A DNA stretch of 64,000 nt. It comes from Aureliella sp. Its GTDB lineage: Bacteria > Planctomycetota > Planctomycetia > Pirellulales > Pirellulaceae. The translations under genes were made by a program, and so were the position numbers. The stretch covers positions 2,656,001 to 2,720,000 of the forward strand of contig OY829846.1 in assembly GCA_963691875.1 (NCBI GenBank), in the 5' to 3' direction. Positions 31,800 to 41,559 of the stretch are shown here, in pieces; within the stretch, counting starts at the first letter, position 1; every line of letters starts with the position of its first letter. The notes below the pieces were generated by a model. That model was given only the letters and a program-made list of their open reading frames with translations, was not told the DNA's origin and made no database searches.

Positions 31800-31949
31800 T
31801 CAGTCTTGCGAGGCTGCTGTGGTTTCTCGGCTGGCTGTGATAGCTGCAAGCAGAAAGTCAGCAATAGAGTCGATTGCAGCATCCGTAAGATTGCCACCAA
31901 TTACGGTTATTTTAGATTGCTCCTCAGGCTGTTGCTTTCGGGCTGACAT
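31800..31949 (-). pseudogene. Small backbone ORF (MSARKQQPEEQSKITVIGGNLTDAAIDSIADFLLAAI...), truncated by the PEP-CTERM cassette
   Basis: Homologous ORF starts at 57948 (minus strand); similarity stops at codon ~37, exactly at the cassette junction. Confidence 0.55.
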
Positions 31950-32109
31950 GTTGGCTTGCTTCTTGTTCTCGGTTTTGGCTGTTGTGGCTAATTAGGCTTT
32001 TGTTTCATCGGGGCCACCAGTGAAAGTATTTGGCTAGTCTCGCTGACGTGGCAAAGACGATAGGTCGCTAGCCACTCGCATTGTCAGAATTGGACCACCC
32101 CAGGTGCAA
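31838..32109. repeat. Backbone segment shared with 57835-58104, including cos-like copy 2 (32017-32109)
   Basis: About 270 bp of direct similarity; core ACGATAGGTCGCT at 32057-32069. Confidence 0.9.
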
Positions 32110-32546
32110 AGTGACCAACGGGCTGACAAAGCCGCCAACTAGGTAAGACACGACTCGAGCTACAGGGCCGTTTTCAGCTTGACTGCGCGAGTAGCCAGTG
32201 CTTGGTGCTCAGTAAACGGGTTATCGCTAAGGAGACCTTCTTCTTTGATAAAATAGTCCCATCAGAACGACACTCGCGTAGATCGCCAACGAACTCGGTT
32301 CGGGGACTGTGGCGAAGGAGCATAGACTTGCAACGTGAAAGCGGTAATCACTGTTCCTGTTCGATGCGTCGAAACGGCTCCGAAATGAAGACCGCATGAA
32401 CTTGGCGGAGCGACCCCAATAGCCGCCACGCCTCGCTGGGAGATCTTATACCGAGTGAGTTCACTACTCGCTGCACTGCTTACGGACTCCTTATAGTTCG
32501 CGGTAGCTAACGACGCCGTGGATCCACTTGGCTGTTTCTCGATTCT

Positions 32547-34121
32547 TTAATTCGATGAAGAAATTCGGATGAACTCGAACTTATCCAGATAAAGAATCTG
32601 CCGTTTGGAACCCACATCCAACTCCAGACGCACGTCCATTACCGTGTCCTTGTTGTGGTGATAGATTCTGGTGTAAGTGAGTGGTTCTTCACCAACGTCA
32701 ATCCACTCGTTGTCAGCTTGGTGGCTATCATAGAGCTTGTCGCCAGTAAGGGCGTTCCTGAGCATTAGCTTGACTCGACCCACACCATTTTCGCTAGCGG
32801 CTATAAAACTGATTTCGTAGGTTTTTCCTTTGAGAACATGCAACAACGTCCTTCCAGGTGCACCCATATATTCATTTCTATCCTGATACGTCTGGAGGTA
32901 CAGTTGTCCACTCGCGTCGTCAGGGACGGTCAGTTTCAACATACTGGAGCCACTGTAGACGTCTTTGCCCTGAACATATTCTCGTTCGATCCTGTCCGAA
33001 GTGAGATGCCATGCGTGGTCCGGAGTGTGGAATTCTCCGTTGATTATCTGAGAGACCCCTGGCAGGACTGTCGGTTTTGCACCGGTTAACTTTTCCAGAA
33101 CAGTCTGGTTCCAGCCAAGTTCAGAATCGAATATTGCGAATGATCTTTGGTTGCTTTGTATCCCTGTGTACCACATGTTACCTAGATCGTATTGCCTGAA
33201 ATTGGAGATGTGATAATCCAGCCATGCGGATAATTCCCGATTAGAACGCTGCGGAAATTGCCAGCATCCCCACTCGGTCGTAATGATAGGTATGTCAACG
33301 CCGATCCTGTCTCGCCATTTTGCCGCATTGGTTATTTCAGTCAAAATTGGAGACTTCCAGTCTTTACCTTCCAAAGTTTGTGTCCACATGGCGAAATTCA
33401 CGCCGTCTTTATGTTTTGGACTATAGAAATGAATAGCAACACCCGTGTTTGTGTCCTCGTAAAACCCCTTACCATTTTCAAAATGGTAAGAAAGGTATTT
33501 GTCGGTGACATAGGGGTGAAGAAACTCTGAGTCATTGAAACCGGGAGCTCCAATCAAGATCGGACGGTCGGGATCGACATCTCTAATGGCTTGCACAGCA
33601 GCGTTGTACAATGACATTACATGCTCAGCACCACTTGCATCCTTGAAGCCCAGTCCTTCAGGTTCATTGAGTATTTCGAACACAAGATCACTCGGGAAAT
33701 CCTTCCAGGCTTCAGCTAGTTCTCTCCACTTGTCTGCAATTTGCTGCTCACCAAGTTTTGGATTTCCGGGCCACGTCTTCGAGCCCCACATGCAGACGAC
33801 AATGGCAAGATTGTTCGAAAGTGCGTCCTTGATTTGTTGTTCAGTAGACCGGTGGTGCGCGTGAAATGGCATCATGACTCGAACTGAATCAAATGCAGCC
33901 TCTGCGGCAGCCTGGAAATGCGCGCTGTCGTGTTGGATTTTCGGCCAGACTCCGGCATCGGGATGGGCAGTGTCAATATTGATACCCTTCCCCAATTTTT
34001 GGAAAACCTGTGCATTTTTACGAGGTGTCCCAGCTGAAAAATCGCTACACAGTCCAAGCAATGGTATCCAGCAGATCGCAATGGTAAGTGCGAGGACTTT
34101 CGCTAACATTCCGTGTTTCAT
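32547..34121 (-). CDS. Secreted glycoside hydrolase family 5 with C-terminal CBM4/9-like domain
   Basis: LGKGINI, FEILNEP (acid/base), HFY, ITTEWG (nucleophile); IINGEF start of a beta-sandwich domain; signal peptide from MKHG at 34121. Confidence 0.88.
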   Translation of the reverse strand: MKHGMLAKVLALTIAICWIPLLGLCSDFSAGTPRKNAQVFQKLGKGINIDTAHPDAGVWPKIQHDSAHFQAAAEAAFDSVRVMMPFHAHHRSTEQQIKDALSNNLAIVVCMWGSKTWPGNPKLGEQQIADKWRELAEAWKDFPSDLVFEILNEPEGLGFKDASGAEHVMSLYNAAVQAIRDVDPDRPILIGAPGFNDSEFLHPYVTDKYLSYHFENGKGFYEDTNTGVAIHFYSPKHKDGVNFAMWTQTLEGKDWKSPILTEITNAAKWRDRIGVDIPIITTEWGCWQFPQRSNRELSAWLDYHISNFRQYDLGNMWYTGIQSNQRSFAIFDSELGWNQTVLEKLTGAKPTVLPGVSQIINGEFHTPDHAWHLTSDRIEREYVQGKDVYSGSSMLKLTVPDDASGQLYLQTYQDRNEYMGAPGRTLLHVLKGKTYEISFIAASENGVGRVKLMLRNALTGDKLYDSHQADNEWIDVGEEPLTYTRIYHHNKDTVMDVRLELDVGSKRQILYLDKFEFIRISSSN

Positions 34122-34330
34122 CAACAAACCCAAATAGCCTTGGTTTTTAATTGAAGGTGTGACGCATGCGAGATTCCGAGAGAGTTTACCTTGGAAGCTT
34201 GCACGAGTAACTGGAGTCTTTCGTTTTCGCTGAGAGTCCGCCACCGCCCTTTGTAGTACTTGAACCACAACCCGGTGCCGCGACGACTAAGCTCTGGTCG
34301 TCTCTTTGTAGATGGCATAGACTTAGTCAT
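34121..34330 (-). pseudogene. Probable tyrosine-integrase N-terminal (arm-binding) stub
   Basis: Strong GAGGAG Shine-Dalgarno; MTKSMPSTKRRPELSRRGTGLWFKYYKGR resembles the basic N-terminus and GxWxKxxxG motif of arm-binding domains; lies next to att and points into the island; no catalytic domain. Confidence 0.5.
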
Positions 34331-34483
34331 GCATCGCTCCTCATCCAAAGGTAAAGCGGTGTGTTGGCTGACGGGTGTTACCGCACTCGTTAGCCCCTTA
34401 TTACCAATCTTTGTAAAGAATCTTGGTAAGAACGCAACTGGCCATCAACACCATATGCCACTTTACCCAATTTTTCCTTACCC

Positions 34484-34577
34484 GGAAGCGTTTGCTAGTC
34501 TGGTGACTGCCGCGGTCTTCAAAACCGCTGAGGGGTCTGAAAAGGTGCCTGGTGGGTTCGATTCCCATCCGCTTCCG
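34484..34577 (+). tRNA. selC: tRNA-Sec (anticodon UCA)
   Basis: GGAAGCG/CGCTTCC acceptor stem, D-arm with TGGT loop, GCGGT-CTTCAAA-ACCGC anticodon arm, long variable arm, GTGGG-TTCGATT-CCCAT T-arm, discriminator G; CCA not encoded. Confidence 0.93.
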
Positions 34578-34698
34578 CTCTTGATTTCCTGCCTAGATCA
34601 GAAGCTCCAGCTGCACGGCCAAACGCAATCCCAGGCCAAAGCTTCCGCATTGATGCGGGGCGACCAATGCGAATAGCTGGAATTGACTCCGCGGTGAT

Positions 34699-36018
34699 TC
34701 AGCAGCCTTGAATCTTTCCACCTAACCGCTGGTACAACTCACTTAGGCGACGCAGTAGCTTCTCTCGCGGCCTGGTGAGTTTCTGCGTGTCGCAACGCAC
34801 CGTCATGATGGGATGCCCTGGTTCAATTATCAGTTCTTTCTCTCCATCTGGCAGACGTGGGATATCCGCGAAGTTTCGACGTGGGAGTTTGTGTAAGCTG
34901 GCGATCTCACGTTCACCGAGTCTGAGTTCTCGTTCGGCGTACACAACGGCCTTAGCGGCGAGAACGCGAGTTTGCAGCTTGGAACTTGCGTCGACGCCGT
35001 CAATTTGCTGCAGAGATGGCTGGCATATGAGATCCGGTGCGAAGCAAGCTAGGTGAGCCGGAACAGGATTTCTGCCAGCTCGAGCCAAGATCTCCATGCC
35101 AGCGGTCCAACGTGGATTGAGCTCCAAAAGCCAGAGCCTGCCGTAAGCATCTTCAATGAAGTCGACTCCGAGCCAGCCGCGTAGGCCAGTTTGTCGGCGA
35201 ACCTCCTCGGCCACTTCCAGCAGGATTCGGTTCTGCTCCTCGCTCAGCAGAACAGGACCAAACGAACCACGATAGATGAACTCTGTCGGTCCCGGCCAAT
35301 CTCGCTCGGCCCACGACTCGGTCACACCCACTAGTTCACACTCTCGGGCTGCTGTTGGCAGAATCAGGCACGCGCCAAGCACACGGCCACAGACCTCGCG
35401 TTGAAAATAGTGGTTACCGCTAACTGATCCGTCAAACTCACCCGTCATTGCGGACTGGACGCCAAGACCACCTGAGCCAGAGATAGATTTTCTCAGCCAC
35501 CTTGCCACCGTAGCTTTCGCAGCTCTGGGTTCAGCTACCCCAGGCTTAGCCGCTGTCTCTGGAAAGCTGAGTCCGTCGACTCGACGCGCAAGATCCTGCC
35601 AGAACTCCAGGTCGCGTAACTTTTGAAGTTGTGTTGAATTCGGGCCTAGGACTGGTGCCAAATTGCGAACTTGCTCCAACCAGGGAGCCCAGTTTTCCGT
35701 GCCTCCGGCCAACAACAGGGGGCGATCACTTTTTAGATTTTCCAATGCTTCGCGAAGAGTCGAAGCCTGACTCGAACCCCGGCTCCTTGAAGCCGAAGCG
35801 AGCGAAAAAAGCAGATTTGGGTCCCAATTCGCAAGTTGCTGCCATTTCACGGTGAGTTCGCACAGGTCCTGGTCTGCAAAACAGTCGACGCTTGAGACTG
35901 GCAGATTTACTGCAACGCATGCTTCTGCAAGAGCACGACAGCTAAACCCCAGGAGGCAGATTCCTCGTTCCCCCCCTAAAAGACTGTTATGCGATGTCGT
36001 CGGCGAAACTTCGGGCAT
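34699..36018 (-). CDS. ATP-grasp domain protein (COG2232-like, related to C1-cofactor biosynthesis Orf9)
   Basis: GFSCRALA...VDCFADQDL, WLRKSISGSGGLG, GWLGVDFI, LLELNPRWTA; start uncertain. Confidence 0.75.
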   Translation of the reverse strand: MPEVSPTTSHNSLLGGERGICLLGFSCRALAEACVAVNLPVSSVDCFADQDLCELTVKWQQLANWDPNLLFSLASASRSRGSSQASTLREALENLKSDRPLLLAGGTENWAPWLEQVRNLAPVLGPNSTQLQKLRDLEFWQDLARRVDGLSFPETAAKPGVAEPRAAKATVARWLRKSISGSGGLGVQSAMTGEFDGSVSGNHYFQREVCGRVLGACLILPTAARECELVGVTESWAERDWPGPTEFIYRGSFGPVLLSEEQNRILLEVAEEVRRQTGLRGWLGVDFIEDAYGRLWLLELNPRWTAGMEILARAGRNPVPAHLACFAPDLICQPSLQQIDGVDASSKLQTRVLAAKAVVYAERELRLGEREIASLHKLPRRNFADIPRLPDGEKELIIEPGHPIMTVRCDTQKLTRPREKLLRRLSELYQRLGGKIQGC

Positions 36019-36197
36019 TGGAGCGGGTTGGAAGATGCGGGCCGGGGCACGGCAAATAAGTCCTTTACCCTTGCCCCCCGGGTGATAAATCTTTTCGCCC
36101 AACTACCATTGGACTACGGGTTGCGGGAATCACAGCGAAATCGCCCTACCTAGTACTTCTTACGCATTATTTGCACCTGACTCAAAAAGAAACAGAC

Positions 36198-39100
36198 ATG
36201 CTGACTCTTTCTAGGCATCTTCGGCAGCGAATTCTCGCTCGAGGCATTGCATGCTTTGCCCTGATGCTCGCCTGCTTCGCAGCTTCTCCTGCTTGGGCAC
36301 AACGTGACTATATCGGCGTTGTGGCCGAAATGCAGAATCCCGAGTTGGCGGACCGAATCGGACTCTCCGAGGAACAGCGAACTGAGATCAAATCGCTTAT
36401 CAGCAAGCGAAGTAGCGGTGTTATTGGTTTGGCCGGCCAGCTAAAAGAGTTGCCACTAGACAAACGTGCAAAGCTCGTCGATGAGTATCGAGAAGAATCG
36501 GAAAAACAGGCCTTCGCGATTCTGAATGACGAGCAGCGTGCCGCCATGGAGCAAGTGCGAATAGAGCGGATGGGCTTGTTGTCGCTGTCGGAGGCTTCCA
36601 TTGCAGAAAAAATGCAGCTCGCGGATTGGCAGAAGGCGGGAGTTGCTCGATGGAAAGGTAAGCTAGATCAGGCGACTCGATCGGATAACCCCGATCAAAT
36701 GCGACGGGATGCGGAGAAAAGTCTGCGTGGTCAGATCTCAGATAGCCAGTTCGCGATGTGGCAGCACTTGATTGGACGTGGTGACGCACCTGCAACAGTA
36801 GAAGTTCCTGAGCAGGTCTCTTCCACAGCTGTCGCAGGGATGGCCGAACCAGGTGATGCAGAATCGAACTCCAAGATCCCCGTAGAAGAAATTCAACTCA
36901 GGATCAACTTTAAGGATGCACCCTACGACGACGTGATCTACTGGCTCGCTGAGCAGGCTGATCTCGCCCTGATGGGTAATGTCGTTCCCCCAAGTACATT
37001 CACCTATCGAGATCTTTCGCGAACGTATTCGGTTCGCGAGACGATGGATAAGATCAATTCTTCGCTGCTGAGTTCGGGTTACCAGTTGATCCGAGTCGGG
37101 CGTACGTTGCGGTGCTACGATCTGGAAGCTGTGCCTGACGATCTCGAGCGAGGAATCTTTTTGCGAGAGATAGCCCCCGTTGTTGGGCGAGAGCAGTTGA
37201 CCGAGTTTGGTGACTTTGAGCCGGTTACTTGCACTTTCACTCTCAAGCGTTTGGATCCGACGGAGTTGAAAGAGGATGTGGAGCAGTTGCTAAGCATCCA
37301 AGGCCGCGCCGATGCAGTTCCGGCCACCGGAGACTTGATGGTCACCGATGTGGCTCGCAAGGTGAAAGCTATTGATGCCATGATCCAGCGTGCGGAACAG
37401 TCTGGTGGTTCTACAGTTCAGTTTATCGAACTCAAGCACATCACAGCCGACGAGGTTTTGGTGATCGCTCGTCCTTTGTTGGGTCTCGAAGAGGACACCA
37501 ACACAAGTGATGACATAAAGATTTCAGCAGATCTATTTGGCACTCAAATTGTTGCCAAAGGCCAGGCCGAGAAGGTGCAGGATCTTAGGGACATTGTCGA
37601 GCAATTCGACGTGCCTCCCGCTGAAGGGGAGGAGATGGCGGAGCAGGAGGCGATCGTCCTTCGGAGTCACAAGGTCGGGCAGATGGGACTCGACCTCGCC
37701 TACGATATTATCGCACAACAGTTAGCTGGAATTCCTGGTGTTCGACTTGCCAAAGACGAGAAAGGCAATCAGCTATTCGCTCAGGCGCGACCGTCTGAGC
37801 ATGAGATGATCGAGAAATCTCTGGGACTTGCAGGTAATGATTCTGAGGAGACATTTAAGGCGATAACCGTCACCGGAATGGATGTTCAGACCGCCATTGC
37901 AGCTGTTGAAAAGTTCTTTCCTGATACAGGCGAAGAAGGTGAATCCTCCTACACCATCGATGGCCAAACTCTGGGGCGGCAAGTTTGGCTTCGTGGGAGC
38001 GCTGCGAAGATTGAACAGATCGAAGCGTTTTTACAAAGCGTCGAGGCTTCCCAACCCGCTTCGCCTTGGGGAGATCAGGTCACGCAAATACCGCTAACGG
38101 GAAGAGCCGCGGACAAGGCGCTTGAGCAGGCCGCTCAAATGTGGAAAGCAGTTGGCGGAAAGGCCTCCATTCGAGTCATCAAATCTGGTGCACAAGTCAC
38201 CGGAACTGGCATCCCTCAGAAAGTGTTTGCACCTAATACCGACGACAAAGAAGCGTTCCATCTGCGAAAGCTAAACGCACTCCCACTTCATCCAGGCGAG
38301 CCGCTGCCGATGCCCAAGTCTGGGGCTCAAGGCATACTGGTCTCCACTGCGCAGGAAGAATCTGAGACGAATACGGCCGTTGAAGTAGATCCCAATGCCA
38401 TTCAAATCATCAAGACTCCAAGTGGTTTGCTGCTGTACTCCGAGGACAAAGAGCAGCTGGCTATGTTCAATGAGATGCTCAACATGTTGGCAATCCCAAG
38501 TGGAACTGCCGAGCCAACGATTGTCTACCTGAAAAATGTGAAAGCAGAGGATGCGAAAGTTCTGCTCGAAAACGTCCTGAGCGGCACCGTAGATTCGGGC
38601 GGAGGCGGAAGTCTTCTTGGAGATGCCTTGGGCGGCGTAATGGGCAGCATGGGCGGGATGTTGGGTGCCGCGCTTGGTGGCGGCGGAGGCCTGCTTAGTA
38701 GCACCAACAGTGGTTCCGCCACTGGCGATTACAAGATAAATACGTTTCCTCTGCACAATGCTTTGATCATCGAGGCGAATCCAGTCGACATGACCTTGAT
38801 TGAGGCGTTAATTAGCACGATTGACATTCCACAGAGTCCCGTCAACGTCGAGACTGGCGGCATGCTGAAAATGATTCCTGTGGTCACGAAAGATGTTGGA
38901 GAGGTCCTCACAATTGTCAAGGAGCTCTTTTCAGACCAAATCAAAGGCGCTGCTCCTACCGGCGGTGGGGGAGGCGGACGCGGCGGCCAGCCTGATCCTG
39001 CCGCAATTATCAACGCCTTGCGAGGCGGTGGCCGTGGTCGCGGTGGTGCTGGCGGAGGTCAGGCTCAGCTGACCGAAGCAAAGATATCGATTAGCGCGGA

Positions 39101-39572
39101 GCCATCGACGAACATGCTGATTGTGATGGCTCAACCACAACAGATTGAGCAGATCGAAGCTCTCGTCAAAGTGATCGACAAGGCTGGTGAAGCGGATCCA
39201 GAAGAAATCGCTGTCACCGACATGGGGTCGCTCAAGGGGAACATCATTGCAAACGGCTTGGTGCCGGTACTAGGCCCCAACGCGAAGACAAACGTTACCG
39301 AATCGGGAACGAGTAGCAACACTCCGACGCCTACTTCGACCACACCGGCAGCGGGTGGCACGTCCGATGCTGCAGCCCAGGCACGCCGAGCAGCATTCTT
39401 TGAGGCACTTCGTGCACGAGGCGCTTTTGGTGGAGCTGGACGCGGTGGAGGAGCTGCTGGTGGAGCCGGTGGCGGCGGACCAGGTGGAGCTGGACGCGGT
39501 GGCCCTGGATTCGGTCGTGGTGGCGGGGGACCCGGTGGCGGGGGTGGTCCTGGCCGCGGTCGTGGGCAATAA
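36198..39572 (+). CDS. Large exported protein with multiple secretin N-terminal (NolW-like) domains, GspD-like but with no secretin barrel
   Basis: Signal peptide AWA-Q; N0-like INFKDAPYDDVIYWLAEQADL; repeated N-domain motifs (IELKHITADEV, VYLKNVKAEDA, TNMLIVMA...IEALVKVID); Gly/Arg tail. Confidence 0.8.
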   Translation: MLTLSRHLRQRILARGIACFALMLACFAASPAWAQRDYIGVVAEMQNPELADRIGLSEEQRTEIKSLISKRSSGVIGLAGQLKELPLDKRAKLVDEYREESEKQAFAILNDEQRAAMEQVRIERMGLLSLSEASIAEKMQLADWQKAGVARWKGKLDQATRSDNPDQMRRDAEKSLRGQISDSQFAMWQHLIGRGDAPATVEVPEQVSSTAVAGMAEPGDAESNSKIPVEEIQLRINFKDAPYDDVIYWLAEQADLALMGNVVPPSTFTYRDLSRTYSVRETMDKINSSLLSSGYQLIRVGRTLRCYDLEAVPDDLERGIFLREIAPVVGREQLTEFGDFEPVTCTFTLKRLDPTELKEDVEQLLSIQGRADAVPATGDLMVTDVARKVKAIDAMIQRAEQSGGSTVQFIELKHITADEVLVIARPLLGLEEDTNTSDDIKISADLFGTQIVAKGQAEKVQDLRDIVEQFDVPPAEGEEMAEQEAIVLRSHKVGQMGLDLAYDIIAQQLAGIPGVRLAKDEKGNQLFAQARPSEHEMIEKSLGLAGNDSEETFKAITVTGMDVQTAIAAVEKFFPDTGEEGESSYTIDGQTLGRQVWLRGSAAKIEQIEAFLQSVEASQPASPWGDQVTQIPLTGRAADKALEQAAQMWKAVGGKASIRVIKSGAQVTGTGIPQKVFAPNTDDKEAFHLRKLNALPLHPGEPLPMPKSGAQGILVSTAQEESETNTAVEVDPNAIQIIKTPSGLLLYSEDKEQLAMFNEMLNMLAIPSGTAEPTIVYLKNVKAEDAKVLLENVLSGTVDSGGGGSLLGDALGGVMGSMGGMLGAALGGGGGLLSSTNSGSATGDYKINTFPLHNALIIEANPVDMTLIEALISTIDIPQSPVNVETGGMLKMIPVVTKDVGEVLTIVKELFSDQIKGAAPTGGGGGGRGGQPDPAAIINALRGGGRGRGGAGGGQAQLTEAKISISAEPSTNMLIVMAQPQQIEQIEALVKVIDKAGEADPEEIAVTDMGSLKGNIIANGLVPVLGPNAKTNVTESGTSSNTPTPTSTTPAAGGTSDAAAQARRAAFFEALRARGAFGGAGRGGGAAGGAGGGGPGGAGRGGPGFGRGGGGPGGGGGPGRGRGQ

Positions 39573-39779
39573 AGCTGTCCGAAGCGAGCCGACACAGGTA
39601 TGATGCAAAAATCGGCTGAAGCATGACTTATGGCATGCCTCCTTAGAAAGAATTGCCGCAAAAATGAGCGAAGGTCGCATTTGCGGAAAGTAACCAAAGT
39701 AACTGCATTCTCTCCTTGAGAGCCAGCACTTTTCCCCACAGACTCACCAGAGAATTACGCGTCAGATATAGGTCGCTTC

Positions 39780-41486
39780 ATGGTAATGCTAGAACCCGGA
39801 GAAATTCTCCATAAGAACGGCCTGCTTGACGCCGAACAACTTCAACAGCTGAGGGATGAATCCACTGGCAGCACCAACTTGATCTCTGCTGCCATTGGCC
39901 AAGGAATGGTCCAAGAGGAAGAGGCACTCCGCGCCGTTGGTGACGCGCTCGGGATGGATTTCGTTGATCTACGCAGTGTCGATGTCGACATCGACTTGAT
40001 AAAGTCGTTTCCGCAGAAGTTGATTTACCGGCACAATCTCTTTCCCATCAGCCGCGTCAACGGCTCGATGACAGTTGCGACCAGCGACCCTTTGGACGTT
40101 TACGCGCTAGACGAAGCCGCAGCGGCCACAGGCCTGAGCATCGTACCGGTAGTCTCCGAAAAGGCCGAGATAGCTCGGCTGATGAAGAAGCACCTCGGCG
40201 TTGGTTCTGAAACGGTCGAAGGATTGTTGGCTGCCCGCGAGGAAGAGGAGGACATCGAACTACTCGAAGATCTCGAGCTCGATGGAAGCGAACTTAGCGA
40301 GGAAGCACAAGAAGCTTCTGTGATTCGCTTGGTGAACGAGATCCTCGTCGAAGCGATCGATTCGCGTGCAAGTGACGTTCATATCGAATCTCAGGCTGAA
40401 GGCATCATCATTCGATACCGAATCGATGGCATCCTTCATGAGCAACCCGTTCCACCTGAGATCAACCGCTTTCATGCTGCGATTATCAGTCGTTTGAAGA
40501 TCATGGCGAGACTGAACATCGCCGAGAAGCGTCTTCCGCAGGACGGTAGGATTAAACTAAAAGTCCACGGCCGCGAGATCGACATTCGTTTGTCAGTGAT
40601 TCCCATGATTCATGGCGAAGGCTTGGTCATGCGTGTCCTTGACAAGGGCGCGATGAAATTCGATCTTCAAGGTCTCGGGATGGATCCGCATACCTACGGT
40701 TTGTTTAGCAAGTTAATCCGCTTGCCGCACGGAATCGTCCTGGTTACCGGTCCGACTGGTTCTGGTAAGACTACGACCCTTTACAGTTCTTTGCTCGAGA
40801 TTCGCAGTCCGGAAAACAAAATCATTACTACTGAAGATCCGGTCGAGTACCAGCTCAGTGGTATCAATCAGATCCAAGTCCACACCAAGATCGGATTGAC
40901 CTTTGCAGCATCGCTGCGAAGTATCTTGCGTCATGACCCCGATGTCGTACTCGTCGGTGAAATTCGTGACCATGAAACCGCCGAAAACGCGATCCAAGCT
41001 TCGCTGACGGGTCACTTGGTTTTTAGTACTTTGCACACCAACGACGCAGCCGGGGCATTTACCCGGATTGTTGACATGGGCATCGAGCCATTTTTGGTTT
41101 CATCGACGGTGGAAGGCATCATGGCTCAGCGCCTGGTTCGAAGGCTCTGCGATGAATGCAAAGAACCGTATACACCTGCGAAGGAAGACATGCCAAACGA
41201 TTTTCCGTGGGAGAAGCTCGATGGCAAGAAGCTCTTCCGAAGCGCAGGCTGCCGTACTTGTCGAAACGTAGGGTACGCGGGGCGGATGGGTATCTATGAG
41301 TTACTTGTAACGAATGAAGAGATCAAAGAATTGGCCCATGGTCGCGTGAGTACTTGGGAAATCAAACAAGCTGCTTTGAAGGCAGGCATGCATACCTTGC
41401 GGATGGATGCGTGGGACAAGGCCATTCACGGTAGCACCAGCGTGGACGAAGTGTTCCGTGTCACCAAGGGAGATCACGTGGCGTAA
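39780..41486 (+). CDS. gspE: GspE/PulE family secretion ATPase
   Basis: ASDVHIE, RLPQDGRI, GPTGSGKTTT, EDPVEY, LRHDPDVVLVGEIRD, STLHTND, two CxxC. Confidence 0.95.
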   Translation: MVMLEPGEILHKNGLLDAEQLQQLRDESTGSTNLISAAIGQGMVQEEEALRAVGDALGMDFVDLRSVDVDIDLIKSFPQKLIYRHNLFPISRVNGSMTVATSDPLDVYALDEAAAATGLSIVPVVSEKAEIARLMKKHLGVGSETVEGLLAAREEEEDIELLEDLELDGSELSEEAQEASVIRLVNEILVEAIDSRASDVHIESQAEGIIIRYRIDGILHEQPVPPEINRFHAAIISRLKIMARLNIAEKRLPQDGRIKLKVHGREIDIRLSVIPMIHGEGLVMRVLDKGAMKFDLQGLGMDPHTYGLFSKLIRLPHGIVLVTGPTGSGKTTTLYSSLLEIRSPENKIITTEDPVEYQLSGINQIQVHTKIGLTFAASLRSILRHDPDVVLVGEIRDHETAENAIQASLTGHLVFSTLHTNDAAGAFTRIVDMGIEPFLVSSTVEGIMAQRLVRRLCDECKEPYTPAKEDMPNDFPWEKLDGKKLFRSAGCRTCRNVGYAGRMGIYELLVTNEEIKELAHGRVSTWEIKQAALKAGMHTLRMDAWDKAIHGSTSVDEVFRVTKGDHVA

Positions 41487-41559
41487 GTCCTAGCTGAGCT
41501 CGCAACTCGCCCAGAGATCTCGCTTGGCTCACAAGCACCGTTGCTTCACGAAAAGAAAC

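Larger units (their letters stand above)
28461..34523. mobile_element. Island 1: about 6-kb degenerate phage-satellite-like element integrated in tRNA-Sec
   Basis: Bounded by the 41-bp tRNA repeat; contains an integrase-like stub, a capsid fragment, two cos-like sites, and cargo genes. Confidence 0.88.
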
